From an uncultured Candidatus Saccharibacteria bacterium (GTDB taxonomy: Bacteria > Patescibacteriota > Andersenbacteria > UBA10190), in NCBI GenBank assembly GCA_964450915.1, contig CAYVFG010000001.1, positions 1,694 through 65,693 of the forward strand: DNA of 64,000 bases. The letters are read 5' to 3'. The notes beneath the pieces are model-generated. The model searched no databases. It had not been told where the DNA came from and worked only from the letters and a program-made list of their open reading frames with translations. A program made the position numbers and the translations under genes. This document shows positions 17,574-28,334 of this stretch, in pieces. How positions within the stretch are numbered: the stretch's first letter is position 1; each line of letters starts with the position of its first letter.

Positions 17574-17785
17574 GCTCCCGTAATGTCACAAAATATGCCA
17601 TGTGGGCTCAGGTCCGATTAAGTTGTTAGTGCATGCATCATAGAACATACGGGAAAACATGTCAAATCTCCCGCACTAGACAAGCTCCCTATTTCGTACT
17701 ATTATACTCCTCGTCCTAAATACCTATGGTTGGTATGCCACGGACGGCTCGTTAAAAATTCAAGACGATAGAAAAGGAAGCAAAC

Positions 17786-18535
17786 GTGGAAGACCTGGCG
17801 ATTCAGTGGGGCAACATGTCGATTTACAATCTGCAGAAAATGCCTGGTATGGCTCTGTGGGTGTTCGACAACAGCCTGCTTGTCGACAATGTACCAATTG
17901 TGGCATTCGATGGCTTTGGGGCAATGCGCGCGGAAATCACCGAGCATCTGTGGAAGAAACTAGGTCTTTGCAATGAATATCCGAAAGGATGGCTCAAAAG
18001 CAAGTCTCAGCCCCACAAAACCTGGAGCCCCGCAGGGGTATCCATCCCGGACCTAGGAGATCAGTGCATCCTTGCCCGAAGCATTCATTCGAACATCATC
18101 CAATGCACGATCGATGAACATGGACAATGCGCAAAACAGTGCGTATTCACGCTAGGCGGGAAGAAGGCACCCTTGGAAGAAAGCACCGTGTTCATGTCCC
18201 AAACGGTTATTGAGGAAACTCAAAAAAGATCCGAGGAGATTGCTGATCGTTTGCGCAAGCTATGCGACGCAAACGGAGTCATTGGGATGTCTGGAACACG
18301 AATCTCTTGGGGAATTACAGTAGAAGACGAAGTACTTACTCCAGTTGGCGGAATCGGACTTCCAGACCACACCCGCTATTTCCTGAAAGTTAACGGCCCG
18401 GAACATTTCCTTGATCGCCGAGCGCTTAAGGAAATACTGAGAAACTATCAAAACGCCTCGTTACTTCGAATCGCAGGAAATATCCAGGTAAGAAGCAGAT
18501 ACGAGGCAACACGAGCAATGCTTGTAGCACAGTAG
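17786..18535 (+). CDS. Hypothetical protein (249 aa)
   Basis: Long ORF with terminator hairpin at ~18565-18600; no recognisable family. Confidence 0.4.
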   Translation: MEDLAIQWGNMSIYNLQKMPGMALWVFDNSLLVDNVPIVAFDGFGAMRAEITEHLWKKLGLCNEYPKGWLKSKSQPHKTWSPAGVSIPDLGDQCILARSIHSNIIQCTIDEHGQCAKQCVFTLGGKKAPLEESTVFMSQTVIEETQKRSEEIADRLRKLCDANGVIGMSGTRISWGITVEDEVLTPVGGIGLPDHTRYFLKVNGPEHFLDRRALKEILRNYQNASLLRIAGNIQVRSRYEATRAMLVAQ

Positions 18536-18640
18536 CAGTTCAGCGCACCTTCGTAAAAACTCAACACCCCGTCGTTCAATTGAACTTCTGGGTGTTTTAA
18601 TTTGTCCTTGCAAATTACCCCGAGCGTAGTCGAGGGGTTA

Positions 18641-19015
18641 CTATTCCTCTTTCAAACTCAAGCAAACCGAATTAATGCAGTAGCGCTTTCCGCCCTTATC
18701 TGCCGGGCCGTCATCAAACACATGCCCCAAATGCGCTTTGCAATTTTTACATACCACTTCCGTACGCTTCATGCCGTATTCGTTGTCTTCAAGCAGTTCA
18801 ATATGCTCCAAATTCTTCGGCTCCGTAAAGCTCGGCCATCCGGTACCGGAATCAAACTTCGTATCAGAAGAAAACAGCTCCTGCCCGCACACGGCGCACA
18901 TATATGTACCCTTCGTATGTTCATCTACATACTTGCCCGTAAATGGCGCTTCTGTCCCCTTTTCTCGGGCTACTTTATACAACTCTGGATCTAGTTCGTT
19001 ATCGTTCTTCATCAT
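18641..19015 (-). CDS. msrB: Peptide-methionine (R)-S-oxide reductase MsrB
   Basis: Two CxxC zinc motifs (CAVCGQ, CKNCKAHLGHVF), GTGWPSF; ~124 aa. Confidence 0.85.
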   Translation of the reverse strand: MMKNDNELDPELYKVAREKGTEAPFTGKYVDEHTKGTYMCAVCGQELFSSDTKFDSGTGWPSFTEPKNLEHIELLEDNEYGMKRTEVVCKNCKAHLGHVFDDGPADKGGKRYCINSVCLSLKEE

Positions 19016-19047
19016 TCCATCATACAGCCCGTAGTAGGGTTACTGCA

Positions 19048-20532
19048 ATGAAATTTTCCTATAAAAATCCATATCTAATCGGAGGAGTTATCGTTATTGT
19101 TGCTGCCGGAATATGGTGGATTAATTCCAGCAAAAAAGCAGTAACCACGACTCCAATCACAGCACCCGCTCAACAAGGCACGCTCGTGCAATCAGTTTCC
19201 GGAAGCGGTTCTTTGGATGCGAAAATTCAGGCAGACATTTCTTCGGCAACATATGGCCGAGTTACAAATGTATTAGTAAAAAATGGCGACATCGCAAAAG
19301 CAGATCAGCCGCTTGTACAAGTACAATCGCTCGCAACTCCTCAAGACTTAGCAAAGGGCTTAGCGTCGTACTTGTCTGCGCAGGATTCATTCAATCAAGC
19401 AGTAACAAAACTCACCAGCCTGCAAGGGTCATTAACGAGCGCACAACAATCCCTCCAAGATGCGCAAAAAAATGAGAAGATAACGGCAAGCGCGCTTACA
19501 AGTGCTCAACTTGCATATAGCAAAAGTTCCGTAGATGCGAAATCGACAAGCCTGTCTGCGCAGCAATCCGTATACAGCGCAGGCACTGCGCAAGATAAAG
19601 CCAGCACCGACAACGAACAATCCGCAGCAGATCTGCAGGCTCAGCAAGCGCAATTAGGATTGAAGTCTTCTGCGATTTCTGCAAAAAAATCAGTAAACGA
19701 CGCATTGAACGCTTTGCAACAAGCACAGCGCGACGAAGCGTCTATTAAGCTCAAGACCCAATCAGCGCAAGATGCATACGCCGTAGCGCAAGCGAATTTG
19801 AATAATCAAAACACCTCCATTGCTGCAGCCCGCGCAAATTTGAACGCAGCTAAAATTGCATACCAAATCCTCACCAGTCAGCCGATCACAGCGCCTGTTG
19901 GAGGAACGGTGGTAAATATGAATCTTATTCCCGGCCAAATTGTAGGAACGAGCAATTCTTCAACAGCGTCTACCACAACTCCGCCCACACTCTTTTCTGT
20001 GATCGACTACGACAGCATGAGAGTATCTGTTGCAATGAGCGAGGTAGACATTTCCTCGGTAAAGCTTGGGCAAATCGCGACTGTAACATTCGACGCGCTT
20101 CCCGATTCTACCTTTACAGGAAAAGTTACATACGTCGCATCTATCGGAACAACAACGCAAGGCGTAACAACATACGACGTAGAAATTACGCTTGATGCAA
20201 TCACGCCAGCACTTAAGCCAGGAATGAGCGCCAGCGCAAACATTATTACCAACACCACAGAAAACGCCGTCATCGTTCCTTCTACTGCAGTACAAACTTC
20301 TAGCGGACAAAGCGTTGTGCAAGTAGTAAAGAATGGAAAAACAACATCAACCCCCGTAACAATCGGAGCAAGCAACGATAGCGAAACGCAGATCGTAAAA
20401 GGAATAAGCGTTGACGATGCAGTAGTAACAAATCCTGCAACTGCTACCACCTCATCTGCAACGCGCAGCACGGGCGGATTCTCTGTATTCGGCGGAGGCG
20501 GAGGGCAACGAAACGTTCGAATTGGCGGATAA
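19048..20532 (+). CDS. HlyD/MacA-family periplasmic adaptor subunit of a tripartite efflux system
   Basis: N-terminal TM anchor, long Q/A-rich coiled-coil, C-terminal beta-barrel; precedes MacB-like ABC pair; start ATG 19048 (MKFSYKNPYLIGG). Confidence 0.65.
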   Translation: MKFSYKNPYLIGGVIVIVAAGIWWINSSKKAVTTTPITAPAQQGTLVQSVSGSGSLDAKIQADISSATYGRVTNVLVKNGDIAKADQPLVQVQSLATPQDLAKGLASYLSAQDSFNQAVTKLTSLQGSLTSAQQSLQDAQKNEKITASALTSAQLAYSKSSVDAKSTSLSAQQSVYSAGTAQDKASTDNEQSAADLQAQQAQLGLKSSAISAKKSVNDALNALQQAQRDEASIKLKTQSAQDAYAVAQANLNNQNTSIAAARANLNAAKIAYQILTSQPITAPVGGTVVNMNLIPGQIVGTSNSSTASTTTPPTLFSVIDYDSMRVSVAMSEVDISSVKLGQIATVTFDALPDSTFTGKVTYVASIGTTTQGVTTYDVEITLDAITPALKPGMSASANIITNTTENAVIVPSTAVQTSSGQSVVQVVKNGKTTSTPVTIGASNDSETQIVKGISVDDAVVTNPATATTSSATRSTGGFSVFGGGGGQRNVRIGG

Positions 20533-21227
20533 TGATTACCCTTACCGACATTACAAAAAGCTACCAAATGGGGCCGAATACGTTTCAAGCGTTAAAAGGC
20601 ATTACGCTTACCGTTGAAGAAGGCGACTTTGTAGCAATCATGGGGCCATCCGGTTCCGGCAAATCGACGCTGATGCATATCATCGGCGCACTGGATATTC
20701 CAACTTCTGGAAAATATATTTTAGATGGCGAACCGGTAGAGAAACTATCCGAAGACGAATTGGCAGATATTCGAAACCGCAAAATCGGCTTCGTATTTCA
20801 ATCGTTCAATCTATTACCCCGCATGAGCATTTTAAAAAATGTCGCACTCCCCCTTGCGTATGCCGACGATCCGGGTCGAATGGAAAAAGCGAAAAAAATG
20901 CTTGAGCTTGTAGGATTAGGCTCAAAGCTTGAAAACAAATCGAACGAGATTTCCGGGGGCCAGGTGCAGCGAGTTGCCGTTGCACGAGCTCTGGTTACAA
21001 ATCCGAGATTACTGCTGGCAGACGAACCGACAGGAAATTTAGATACGAAAACAGGAGATGAAATTATGCATTTTTTTACTCAATTAAATAAAGACGGCCA
21101 CACGATTGTCATGGTTACGCACGAACCGGAAATTGCCGCTCATGCAAAACGCGTTATCACGCTGCGCGACGGGCTCGTTCATAGCGACGTTCGCCAAAAA
21201 CCTCACCACGAAACCTATGGAAATTAA
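20532..21227 (+). CDS. ABC transporter ATP-binding protein (MacB/LolD-like)
   Basis: GPSGSGKST Walker [16 protein letters not shown] signature, [11 protein letters not shown] Walker B. Confidence 0.9.
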   Translation: MITLTDITKSYQMGPNTFQALKGITLTVEEGDFVAIMGPSGSGKSTLMHIIGALDIPTSGKYILDGEPVEKLSEDELADIRNRKIGFVFQSFNLLPRMSILKNVALPLAYADDPGRMEKAKKMLELVGLGSKLENKSNEISGGQVQRVAVARALVTNPRLLLADEPTGNLDTKTGDEIMHFFTQLNKDGHTIVMVTHEPEIAAHAKRVITLRDGLVHSDVRQKPHHETYGN

Positions 21228-22440
21228 AGAAACAGCCATCACTGCATTCGAAGCCCTACTCGGCAACAAGCTGAGAACTGGCCTCGCAATTCTCGGTATT
21301 GTCATCGGTATCGGCGCCGTTGTCGCGCTTATTACGCTGGGGCAAGGAGCAACCGCTTCCGTACAAAACAGCATTAGCTCACTGGGTGCAAATCTCCTCA
21401 CCGTGTCGCCAGGCGCTGCGTCACAAGGCGGGGGTATACGAGGCGCTGCCGGTTCCGGAACAAGCCTTTCACTTGAAGATGCGCAAGCAATTGCAACATC
21501 CCCCTCCCTTACAGCCGTAAAAGCAGTGAGCGCCGAAGCCTCTCGCAATTACCAAATTACCTACAAGAAACAAAATACGAATGCTCGTGTTACCGGGGCA
21601 CTTTCAGCATACCTAACAGTCCACGATGACACCCTCGCACAAGGTTCATTTTTTACAGATAAAGACGTAACAAGCATCGCGAAAAAAATCGTACTCGGCG
21701 CAACAGTTGCAACAGACTTATTCGGAACCGCAAGCCCCATCGGCCAAACCGTACAGGTAAATCACATTCCGTTTAAAGTGGTGGGCGTACTTGCGAGCAA
21801 GGGTGGTACGGGATTTTTCAGCGAAGACGACACTACGCTCATTCCGCTCGTCACTGCGCAAAAATTATTACTGGGCAACTCGAACGTCCAAAGCATTTCC
21901 ATCACTGCTACAGACTCTTCCACGATGACACTGGCTACGCAGCAAATCACCACGCTCCTCCTTTCCCGCCATCATATTGCAGATCCGACAAAAGCAGATT
22001 TCAATATCCGCTCCCAAGCAGATATTTTGGGCGCCGCGACGTCCGCAACAGGAGCATTAACCGGATTGCTATCCGGTATTGCAGCAATTTCATTGTTAGT
22101 AGGAGGAATCGGAATTATGAATATTATGTTGGTGACTATCACAGAACGCACGCGCGAAATCGGGATACGAAAAGCAATTGGTGCAAAGAAAAAAGATATT
22201 CTTCTCCAATTCTTATTTGAATCTATCGTACTCACATTAACGGGCGGAATACTGGGAATATTGCTCGGCTTCGCACTTTCCTATTTTGGAGGCAAGTTGC
22301 TTTCTATTCCGTTTACGGTCACGTTCTTTGCTCCGTTTATTGCATTCTCCGTATCATCCGGCATCGGGATTATTTTCGGCTACTACCCTGCGCGCAAAGC
22401 GGCGACCATGCAGCCTATCCAAGCATTGCGCTATGAATAA
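21217..22440 (+). CDS. ABC transporter permease, FtsX/MacB-type
   Basis: N-terminal TM, large periplasmic domain, C-terminal FtsX 3-TM bundle; overlaps the ATPase stop (coupled). Confidence 0.8.
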   Translation: MEIKETAITAFEALLGNKLRTGLAILGIVIGIGAVVALITLGQGATASVQNSISSLGANLLTVSPGAASQGGGIRGAAGSGTSLSLEDAQAIATSPSLTAVKAVSAEASRNYQITYKKQNTNARVTGALSAYLTVHDDTLAQGSFFTDKDVTSIAKKIVLGATVATDLFGTASPIGQTVQVNHIPFKVVGVLASKGGTGFFSEDDTTLIPLVTAQKLLLGNSNVQSISITATDSSTMTLATQQITTLLLSRHHIADPTKADFNIRSQADILGAATSATGALTGLLSGIAAISLLVGGIGIMNIMLVTITERTREIGIRKAIGAKKKDILLQFLFESIVLTLTGGILGILLGFALSYFGGKLLSIPFTVTFFAPFIAFSVSSGIGIIFGYYPARKAATMQPIQALRYE

Positions 22441-22470
22441 TTTCATACTTGAAAGGAGGTGTTTGAACAT

Positions 22471-22893
22471 ATGAACACAAAAGCAATGCTACTTCTTACG
22501 GCAATTATCGCATTAGCTGTCGGATTCGGCACGGGATACTACACAAAAGGAGCAATGACTCCGCAGCGAGGTGTGCGATTCGCACAAGGGCAAGCAGGCG
22601 CTCAGGCAGGCAGGTTCGGCGCAAACGGCCAGCGTCCTGTTACCGGAACCATCCAAAGCATTTCTGCAACGAGCATGACGGTGCAATCGCCTGACGGGTC
22701 TACGCACGCAGTATTATTGGATAACAATACCCAGTACAAAAAGACTGCCGATGCAACTCAAACAGACTTCGCGCAGGGCGCACAAGTCATGGTTGTAGGA
22801 ACGTCTAATCCGGACGGCAGCGTCACCGCAGCGAGCGTTCAAACAGCTCCGCAGCGTCCAGCATCCCAATCCCCAGCACCAGCAGCACAGTAA
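22471..22893 (+). CDS. Hypothetical membrane-anchored/secreted protein (~140 aa)
   Basis: GAAAGGAGGT RBS 8 nt before ATG 22471; N-terminal hydrophobic helix; bidirectional terminator at 22905-22945. Confidence 0.55.
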   Translation: MNTKAMLLLTAIIALAVGFGTGYYTKGAMTPQRGVRFAQGQAGAQAGRFGANGQRPVTGTIQSISATSMTVQSPDGSTHAVLLDNNTQYKKTADATQTDFAQGAQVMVVGTSNPDGSVTAASVQTAPQRPASQSPAPAAQ

Positions 22894-22939
22894 ATAAACA
22901 CACACGCATAACAAATCCTCCGTGTGGAGGATTTGTTAT

Positions 22940-24688
22940 TTATCCATGAACGAAATGCCAGCACATTGCGCCATACAACTTTTTCCAATCACGCTTATCG
23001 TGCTCGTATCGATATGCCCAATACTTCCATTCCTCAAACGTAGGCAAGCGATGATATACGGAAAAGAATATATCGTTAAGCGGCTGTAATTCTTCAAGTG
23101 TAACTTTTTTTAATTTACTCGTAGATGCACCCAACACTTTGCCGTGCTTTTTTATGGGCTGAATCGAATCATGCCCCGCACAGCAATCCCCCTCATCCCC
23201 TCGCGGATGATCGCCAGAACCTCCAGACGATGGAGAATCATTTTTAATTTCAGAAACATCTGCGCCATCATCACTAATTTTTACAGTGAAAGATTCTTGT
23301 TTACCCGGTGTCGTAGTGCCTGTCAGAGTTTCTGAAGTATTGCCGCCATCCTCATTTCCATATGTCAGCACCACATGGTACTCCCCCGTGCCGGTTCCTG
23401 TAAGATTTACCGTGTATATTCCGCTCGGCACATTTTGCAAAATAATAACTTTTGGATCATCCGATGATGAATCTGGTGAAATGCTAATGTACGCATCGTC
23501 GCCATAATCATTTACATCTTTAGACACCTTCTTCCCATTCGGATCCGTAATAATGACCGACACAGGAGATAATACCGCGAGGCCAAATAAACTTTTCGGC
23601 GCTTGGTAAATAAATTCTGGCCCATGATTATCAGATATTCCAAGAGCATTTAATATTTGATCTTGTGCATGTTCCGGCAAATCAATATGTTTTACGCCGT
23701 CAACAATAACCGGCTCATTTGCGCCAAAACTTTCGTCGAGAACTGCGCTCGATTTCAATACGGTAGAATCTCCTTCGTCCGTATTCGGCGATGGCACTTC
23801 TTCGGCTGGGTGCCCGTCCCTCCAGCGGTCCAGCGCTTTGTCTTGATCCGTCTGATCGCCAGACAGTGCAATTGTTCCGAGCGTTTGTTCGCCATTACCG
23901 GCAATCGTTGCAATATTCACGTCTTGTAAAATATTCTCCAAATTATCATGCAAAGATTGCAAAATTGGATTTGTATCTACGTCGCTTAGCTGAGCATCGC
24001 CTCCATCTTTTATGAGAAACGGCTGCGACGGTAACAGTTCTTTTAATGATGGAAAGAACTGACGATAACCGGCAGGGTTTTGTAGATCCGGTTGCTTTGT
24101 TACAACCTTCAAAGCGCCTTCTATTAAGTTGACATAATTATTCAAGACAAAACTCCAGCTTTTCGGCAACACCCCGCCTTCCCACGGCAAGTATACATCA
24201 CTCGCCCCCTCATTAGGAGTTCCCAACATTACAAGATTTCCGATTTCTCCGGGCGTGTAATCGTCACTGTTCATATACTCCTGCACGACCAACCCACCCA
24301 TACTATGTGCCACTATATCCACCTGTCCCGTTTTTTGTTTCGCCGCCTTAATCATGGGCATAAGAAAATTGTGAGCAGACTCTGCATTCGGTTTTCGCCA
24401 GTCGTAATATGCGGTAAAAAGATCTACATCGTTTTTATATCCCGCAGAATGTAATCGAACGCGCAAACCCGCATATATATCGTAAGATGGTACAGCTTGC
24501 CATGTTCCACCTGATTTATTTTCAAATAACGCCAATGAATTAAATGACCCTAGGAGCCCAGGAACAATGATGACAGGATTCTTCGGGGGAGGCGGAGCTA
24601 CAATAATTTGCGCATCTGCGCCACTGGACCGAAATAAGAAAAAGATTAGAAAAAGAAAACCGAATAAATATTTATATCGTTCCGCCAT
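22940..24688 (-). CDS. Secreted alpha/beta-hydrolase, lipase/esterase-like (PGAP1/triacylglycerol-lipase-like) with C-terminal extension
   Basis: Signal peptide; PGLLGSF ... VAHSMGGLV nucleophile-elbow (GHSMGG). Confidence 0.6.
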   Translation of the reverse strand: MAERYKYLFGFLFLIFFLFRSSGADAQIIVAPPPPKNPVIIVPGLLGSFNSLALFENKSGGTWQAVPSYDIYAGLRVRLHSAGYKNDVDLFTAYYDWRKPNAESAHNFLMPMIKAAKQKTGQVDIVAHSMGGLVVQEYMNSDDYTPGEIGNLVMLGTPNEGASDVYLPWEGGVLPKSWSFVLNNYVNLIEGALKVVTKQPDLQNPAGYRQFFPSLKELLPSQPFLIKDGGDAQLSDVDTNPILQSLHDNLENILQDVNIATIAGNGEQTLGTIALSGDQTDQDKALDRWRDGHPAEEVPSPNTDEGDSTVLKSSAVLDESFGANEPVIVDGVKHIDLPEHAQDQILNALGISDNHGPEFIYQAPKSLFGLAVLSPVSVIITDPNGKKVSKDVNDYGDDAYISISPDSSSDDPKVIILQNVPSGIYTVNLTGTGTGEYHVVLTYGNEDGGNTSETLTGTTTPGKQESFTVKISDDGADVSEIKNDSPSSGGSGDHPRGDEGDCCAGHDSIQPIKKHGKVLGASTSKLKKVTLEELQPLNDIFFSVYHRLPTFEEWKYWAYRYEHDKRDWKKLYGAMCWHFVHG

Positions 24689-25064
24689 ACATTGAATACG
24701 CCGCGAGACTTCCTAAAATTGCCACAAATAACCAAGGAATAACATAATGACCCAGAAGGAATGCTCCAATCGAATAAAGCACTATCTTCCATACAAATTT
24801 TTTAGGATCTTTTTTATAGCGCCCTTTTTTAATAAAAAAGAATACCCAAACAACTAACATAAGAGCATATGGCAAATAGGGAAATACGTAATACAACAAA
24901 ACATGATCTTCAATCTCAATCCACTTATCCGACGTCTGCACATACGCATCCGGATTATCACCAATCATTCTCAATAACGTGTCTACAAACATGAAGATAT
25001 CGTACCACCGTCGCTCAACAGCGCAAAAATAATGCGTCAAAGGTCGTTGACAACCCCACACCAC
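24672..25064 (-). CDS. Small integral membrane protein
   Basis: Two to three hydrophobic helices; overlaps the lipase-like gene start. Confidence 0.4.
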   Translation of the reverse strand: MVWGCQRPLTHYFCAVERRWYDIFMFVDTLLRMIGDNPDAYVQTSDKWIEIEDHVLLYYVFPYLPYALMLVVWVFFFIKKGRYKKDPKKFVWKIVLYSIGAFLLGHYVIPWLFVAILGSLAAYSMYGGTI

Positions 25065-25075
25065 AGGCCTACGCT
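25047..25075 (+). promoter_or_regulatory. Sigma70-like promoter TTGACA-N17-TACGCT upstream of 25139 gene
   Basis: ttgaca 25047-25052, tacgct 25070-25075; AAAGGAG RBS at 25124-25130. Confidence 0.35.
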
Positions 25076-25138
25076 AGCAGTGCGAGCTAGTACAGACTAT
25101 CTGAAACACGTTCCTGTCCTTTTCCAAAGGAGAACATA

Positions 25139-25858
25139 ATGTACAACGTTATTGGTATCGACGCCGACATCAGCTGCGGTTGCGGAACTGCCATCCCTGT
25201 TGTTCAAGATAACGACAAAAACGGAAAATGGTGCTGGCTGCACCACGATGGCAGAAATCCGTTATGGTATCCAAAAACGAGACTGTCGGAAGAAATTGCG
25301 CTAGGAAACTTTCACCCTCTTGATACTTCAATCCCATTTAACCAAAAACAATCAGATACCCCCGTATTCGTCTCCACGGAGTTCCTGGATTTTAATCGCA
25401 TCGGCCTGCCAAAATTCTTTAGCAATAAGCGATGCTGCTGGGAATGCCTTTCCGGAGTACAGCCTTACACCTTAGTAACCTGCACTTCCTTACTGTGCTC
25501 CATGTATTGGCTCGATGATTTGGCGCGAATGACAGCGTATAGTATTGATCGCCATATTCGAAAGCCTTCAGATGCCGCTGGAGAAAACGCTATGCTTCGA
25601 AGAATGGCGGGGATCGCAATACGAATCGCGAACGACCAGTCGATTGTCTTAAATCTGCACATTCGCATCTGCGCCTTCCTGATTGATCAAGAAGAGATAT
25701 ATGGCTACTTCTGTGACCATGTTGCAGAAAAGCACCACATGGAAGTAACGGACAATATTACACGAAGAACGAAGCGCAAAAATGTTGAATTCTGGGATTT
25801 TAAGGAGATGATCCTTGCCCACATTGAAAAGATCGGGTCGTTACAGCATGCACTTTGA
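25139..25858 (+). CDS. Hypothetical protein (239 aa, Cys-rich N-terminus)
   Basis: Strong RBS; terminator ccgcgc...gcgcgg+TTTTTT at ~25885-25915. Confidence 0.5.
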   Translation: MYNVIGIDADISCGCGTAIPVVQDNDKNGKWCWLHHDGRNPLWYPKTRLSEEIALGNFHPLDTSIPFNQKQSDTPVFVSTEFLDFNRIGLPKFFSNKRCCWECLSGVQPYTLVTCTSLLCSMYWLDDLARMTAYSIDRHIRKPSDAAGENAMLRRMAGIAIRIANDQSIVLNLHIRICAFLIDQEEIYGYFCDHVAEKHHMEVTDNITRRTKRKNVEFWDFKEMILAHIEKIGSLQHAL

Positions 25859-25991
25859 GGATAGAAAACTAACCCACACACCCCTCGCCGCCCCACGCAC
25901 CGCGCGGGGCTTTTTTATTGACAAAAAGCTATTAAAAGCCTAACGTAGATATGCGTTTGATCGTTTCATCCCCCATTGAGGAGGCAGGAAG

Positions 25992-26354
25992 ATGCTGTAC
26001 ATCGTCCGGATTACCCAACCAATCAGCATGGAAATTCACGGCGCTCTTATGGTCGCCACGTACAGAATGCTGGCGAACATGGATCGGCGTCGAAGAATTT
26101 GCTCTTCAACGTGCGAAGGCTGGGTTCAAACGAACCGCCGCGAAATCACCATCAGCAGTCTTCGAGGCGTTGCGTGCGAAGCAAAATTCGACTGCGACCC
26201 GTACGACGAACCGGTCACTGCAAACTTCGTGATGCCGTACGCCGGAATCGCCCAGCTCGAGCAAGCAAAATCTCTCGGACGGATCAGTTCGATCTTTGGC
26301 GTGCAGGAAGGCATCCCGAACCCAATCCGCGACTTGCTCCGCAGAGCTGCATAA
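25992..26354 (+). CDS. Hypothetical protein (120 aa)
   Basis: GGAGG RBS at 25980; terminator ccccgtgcacatgctcgggg+TTTTTT at ~26388-26415; overlapping Arg-rich 25976 frame rejected. Confidence 0.45.
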   Translation: MLYIVRITQPISMEIHGALMVATYRMLANMDRRRRICSSTCEGWVQTNRREITISSLRGVACEAKFDCDPYDEPVTANFVMPYAGIAQLEQAKSLGRISSIFGVQEGIPNPIRDLLRRAA

Positions 26355-26485
26355 GCAACCCGTCACCATCCGCTCCTTGCCCTTTCGCCCCGTGCACATG
26401 CTCGGGGCTTTTTTATGTAAAAAAAATCCTGCTTAAGCATCATGCTAAGCAGGAACACAGATCTTCGGGAATATTGCATACATGT

Positions 26486-26917
26486 TCAAAATTCTCGCCC
26501 CTCCGCAATCATTTGATGCTTTCGAGGCTTGGATGCCCGCATGAGCTGAACACCGTTTGGAGTATCGACCACTTCCAGCCCTTCCAACACAACATGAAAT
26601 GTGAGCAGCGTGCCATCGTCTTGCTCAAACACAGCCCGCAGCATGAAACTCTTGTCGGGCCTCGTCCAGATCGGAGTAACTGATTCAAGTTTGCCAGACG
26701 GACAAAGCTGAAACATCACTGCAAACCCTTGCACCTGTTCAACATTTATCACGGAGTCCGGCGCATCTTGAAGCATCATTCTTGGAACAGGCCGCTCCGA
26801 CACTGCTTGCCGGGTTCGAATACGACGCTCCCACTGATCCCCAATACACAGCAGAAAAATCACCGTGCTTATCACCAATACTTGCCTCGACGAGATAGAG
26901 CAAAAAATCCTTCTCAT
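26486..26917 (-). CDS. Hypothetical secreted/membrane-anchored protein
   Basis: N-terminal hydrophobic segment; no family recognised. Confidence 0.4.
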   Translation of the reverse strand: MRRIFCSISSRQVLVISTVIFLLCIGDQWERRIRTRQAVSERPVPRMMLQDAPDSVINVEQVQGFAVMFQLCPSGKLESVTPIWTRPDKSFMLRAVFEQDDGTLLTFHVVLEGLEVVDTPNGVQLMRASKPRKHQMIAEGREF

Positions 26918-27142
26918 GGCTCACTCCCCAGACTAAAGAACTCGTGAATTGGAAAAGAGCGTATTGCTCCCTATTGGGAAGTATCTGCTTTTTTGTTCAC
27001 TAGGCAAATGCAGTTGTGCACCGAACTTCGTTACTATCAATGTCAATATTGCCTGACAACTCGATCATAAAATTGCCTTGTTGCGCATTTTTATAGGCTG
27101 TATATATGGATTTATGAAGATAAATATACACCATCAAAGGAG

Positions 27143-27370
27143 GTGTTCGTCATGACAACAGTCGTTAATACTCCCCCGTCATCCGGAGATAATGGAAATT
27201 CGGGGATCATTATCGGAGTAGTCATACTGCTCATAGTGCTTTTCCTCCTCTTCTTCTTTGGCGCTCCATTCCTTCGAGGAAATCGAACGGCTCCGGCTCC
27301 ACAATCAGGAGGAGTACAAGTCCCTAGCCAGATTGACGTAAATGTTAATAAAGCTCCTCAGCCATCCTAA
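27143..27370 (+). CDS. Small membrane protein (75 aa)
   Basis: AAAGGAGGTG RBS; single TM (GIIIGVVILLIVLFLLFFF). Confidence 0.5.
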   Translation: MFVMTTVVNTPPSSGDNGNSGIIIGVVILLIVLFLLFFFGAPFLRGNRTAPAPQSGGVQVPSQIDVNVNKAPQPS

Positions 27371-27795
27371 CCCTGCGCCATGGTTGTGGGTTGCAAAAGC
27401 GATACTCGATTGCCTTCGGTGTCTACAATAGATGCGAATAATCCAACACCGGGAATTTCATCGGGCTGGCCATCTTTCAAGTGTCCGCCAATAACTTTTC
27501 CGCCTGCATCGGCAACCTTTTTCATCGCAGCTTGAATATCGTCTACGGAAATAACGATAGATGGATACTGCGACATCGGATCCTCCGTCTTTTGGTAAAA
27601 TCCGCCGTTAATAGCGCCGGGAGTTGTGGGGCGTCCGGCAGGATCGTTCGGGTCAGTGTCTGTCGTCGTCACCGTTACATAATCGCCCATTTCCGGGCCC
27701 ATCTGATTCGTTTTCCAGCCGAACGCTGTTTCGTAAAATGCGCGCATGCGCGCTCGATCTTCTGCTGGCATTTCAAAATGAACTACTGGATTCAT
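27367..27795 (-). CDS. VOC (glyoxalase) family protein
   Basis: MNPVVHFEMPAEDRARMRAFYETAFGW...; typical VOC N-terminal motif. Confidence 0.65.
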   Translation of the reverse strand: MNPVVHFEMPAEDRARMRAFYETAFGWKTNQMGPEMGDYVTVTTTDTDPNDPAGRPTTPGAINGGFYQKTEDPMSQYPSIVISVDDIQAAMKKVADAGGKVIGGHLKDGQPDEIPGVGLFASIVDTEGNRVSLLQPTTMAQG

Positions 27796-27905
27796 ACATT
27801 ATAGAGATAAAAAATTATATATTCAGTATACAAAAAATCGCTCGCCTTGAACAAAAAAGTTCGAAGCGAGCGCGGTTGGAAATGGTGTTGCGTTACTCCG
27901 CAAGA

Positions 27906-28334
27906 TCAATGGGCAGCCGAGCACAGTTGTCGAAATTCCCGATGGCTTTCTTCGTAGTGGACGGAGAAGCTCACATCAATCGGCTCCGTCTTCGTGATCC
28001 GGCCGCTCAGCTGGATATGTCCGTTGCTGTGCACAAAACCGTGCAAACGAACGAACCCGTGGGGCGGCGCCTCTTGGAAAATCCGTCGGCGCAAGTTATT
28101 GCTCACCGCAACTCGAGACGGGATCGGCTGTCGGCGCTCTTCTGGCGTACCTTGCTGCAAAACCGTAACCCTGAGCACACTCGATGGGCAGAACGAGAGC
28201 ACGAGGCGGTCATCTCGCTGACGAACGCCAACGCCGTCAAGCGTAATTTTTGCTGTATCGCCATGCATGATGCCCGCAGCTTCCAGCCGGTCAATCAACG
28301 ATGGTTCCTGGTCAAAGATCAAAGGTCGATTCAT
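27906..28334 (-). CDS. Hypothetical protein
   Basis: ORF in a locally GC-richer segment; overlapping + frame is Arg-rich and judged spurious. Confidence 0.35.
   Translation of the reverse strand: MNRPLIFDQEPSLIDRLEAAGIMHGDTAKITLDGVGVRQRDDRLVLSFCPSSVLRVTVLQQGTPEERRQPIPSRVAVSNNLRRRIFQEAPPHGFVRLHGFVHSNGHIQLSGRITKTEPIDVSFSVHYEESHREFRQLCSAAH

Noticed and set aside
25976-26683. 235-aa Arg-rich ORF
   Set aside because: It overlaps the better-supported 25992-26354 ORF (RBS + terminator); its composition (R/S/P-rich) is typical of an out-of-frame artefact, and the terminator at ~26390 would truncate it.
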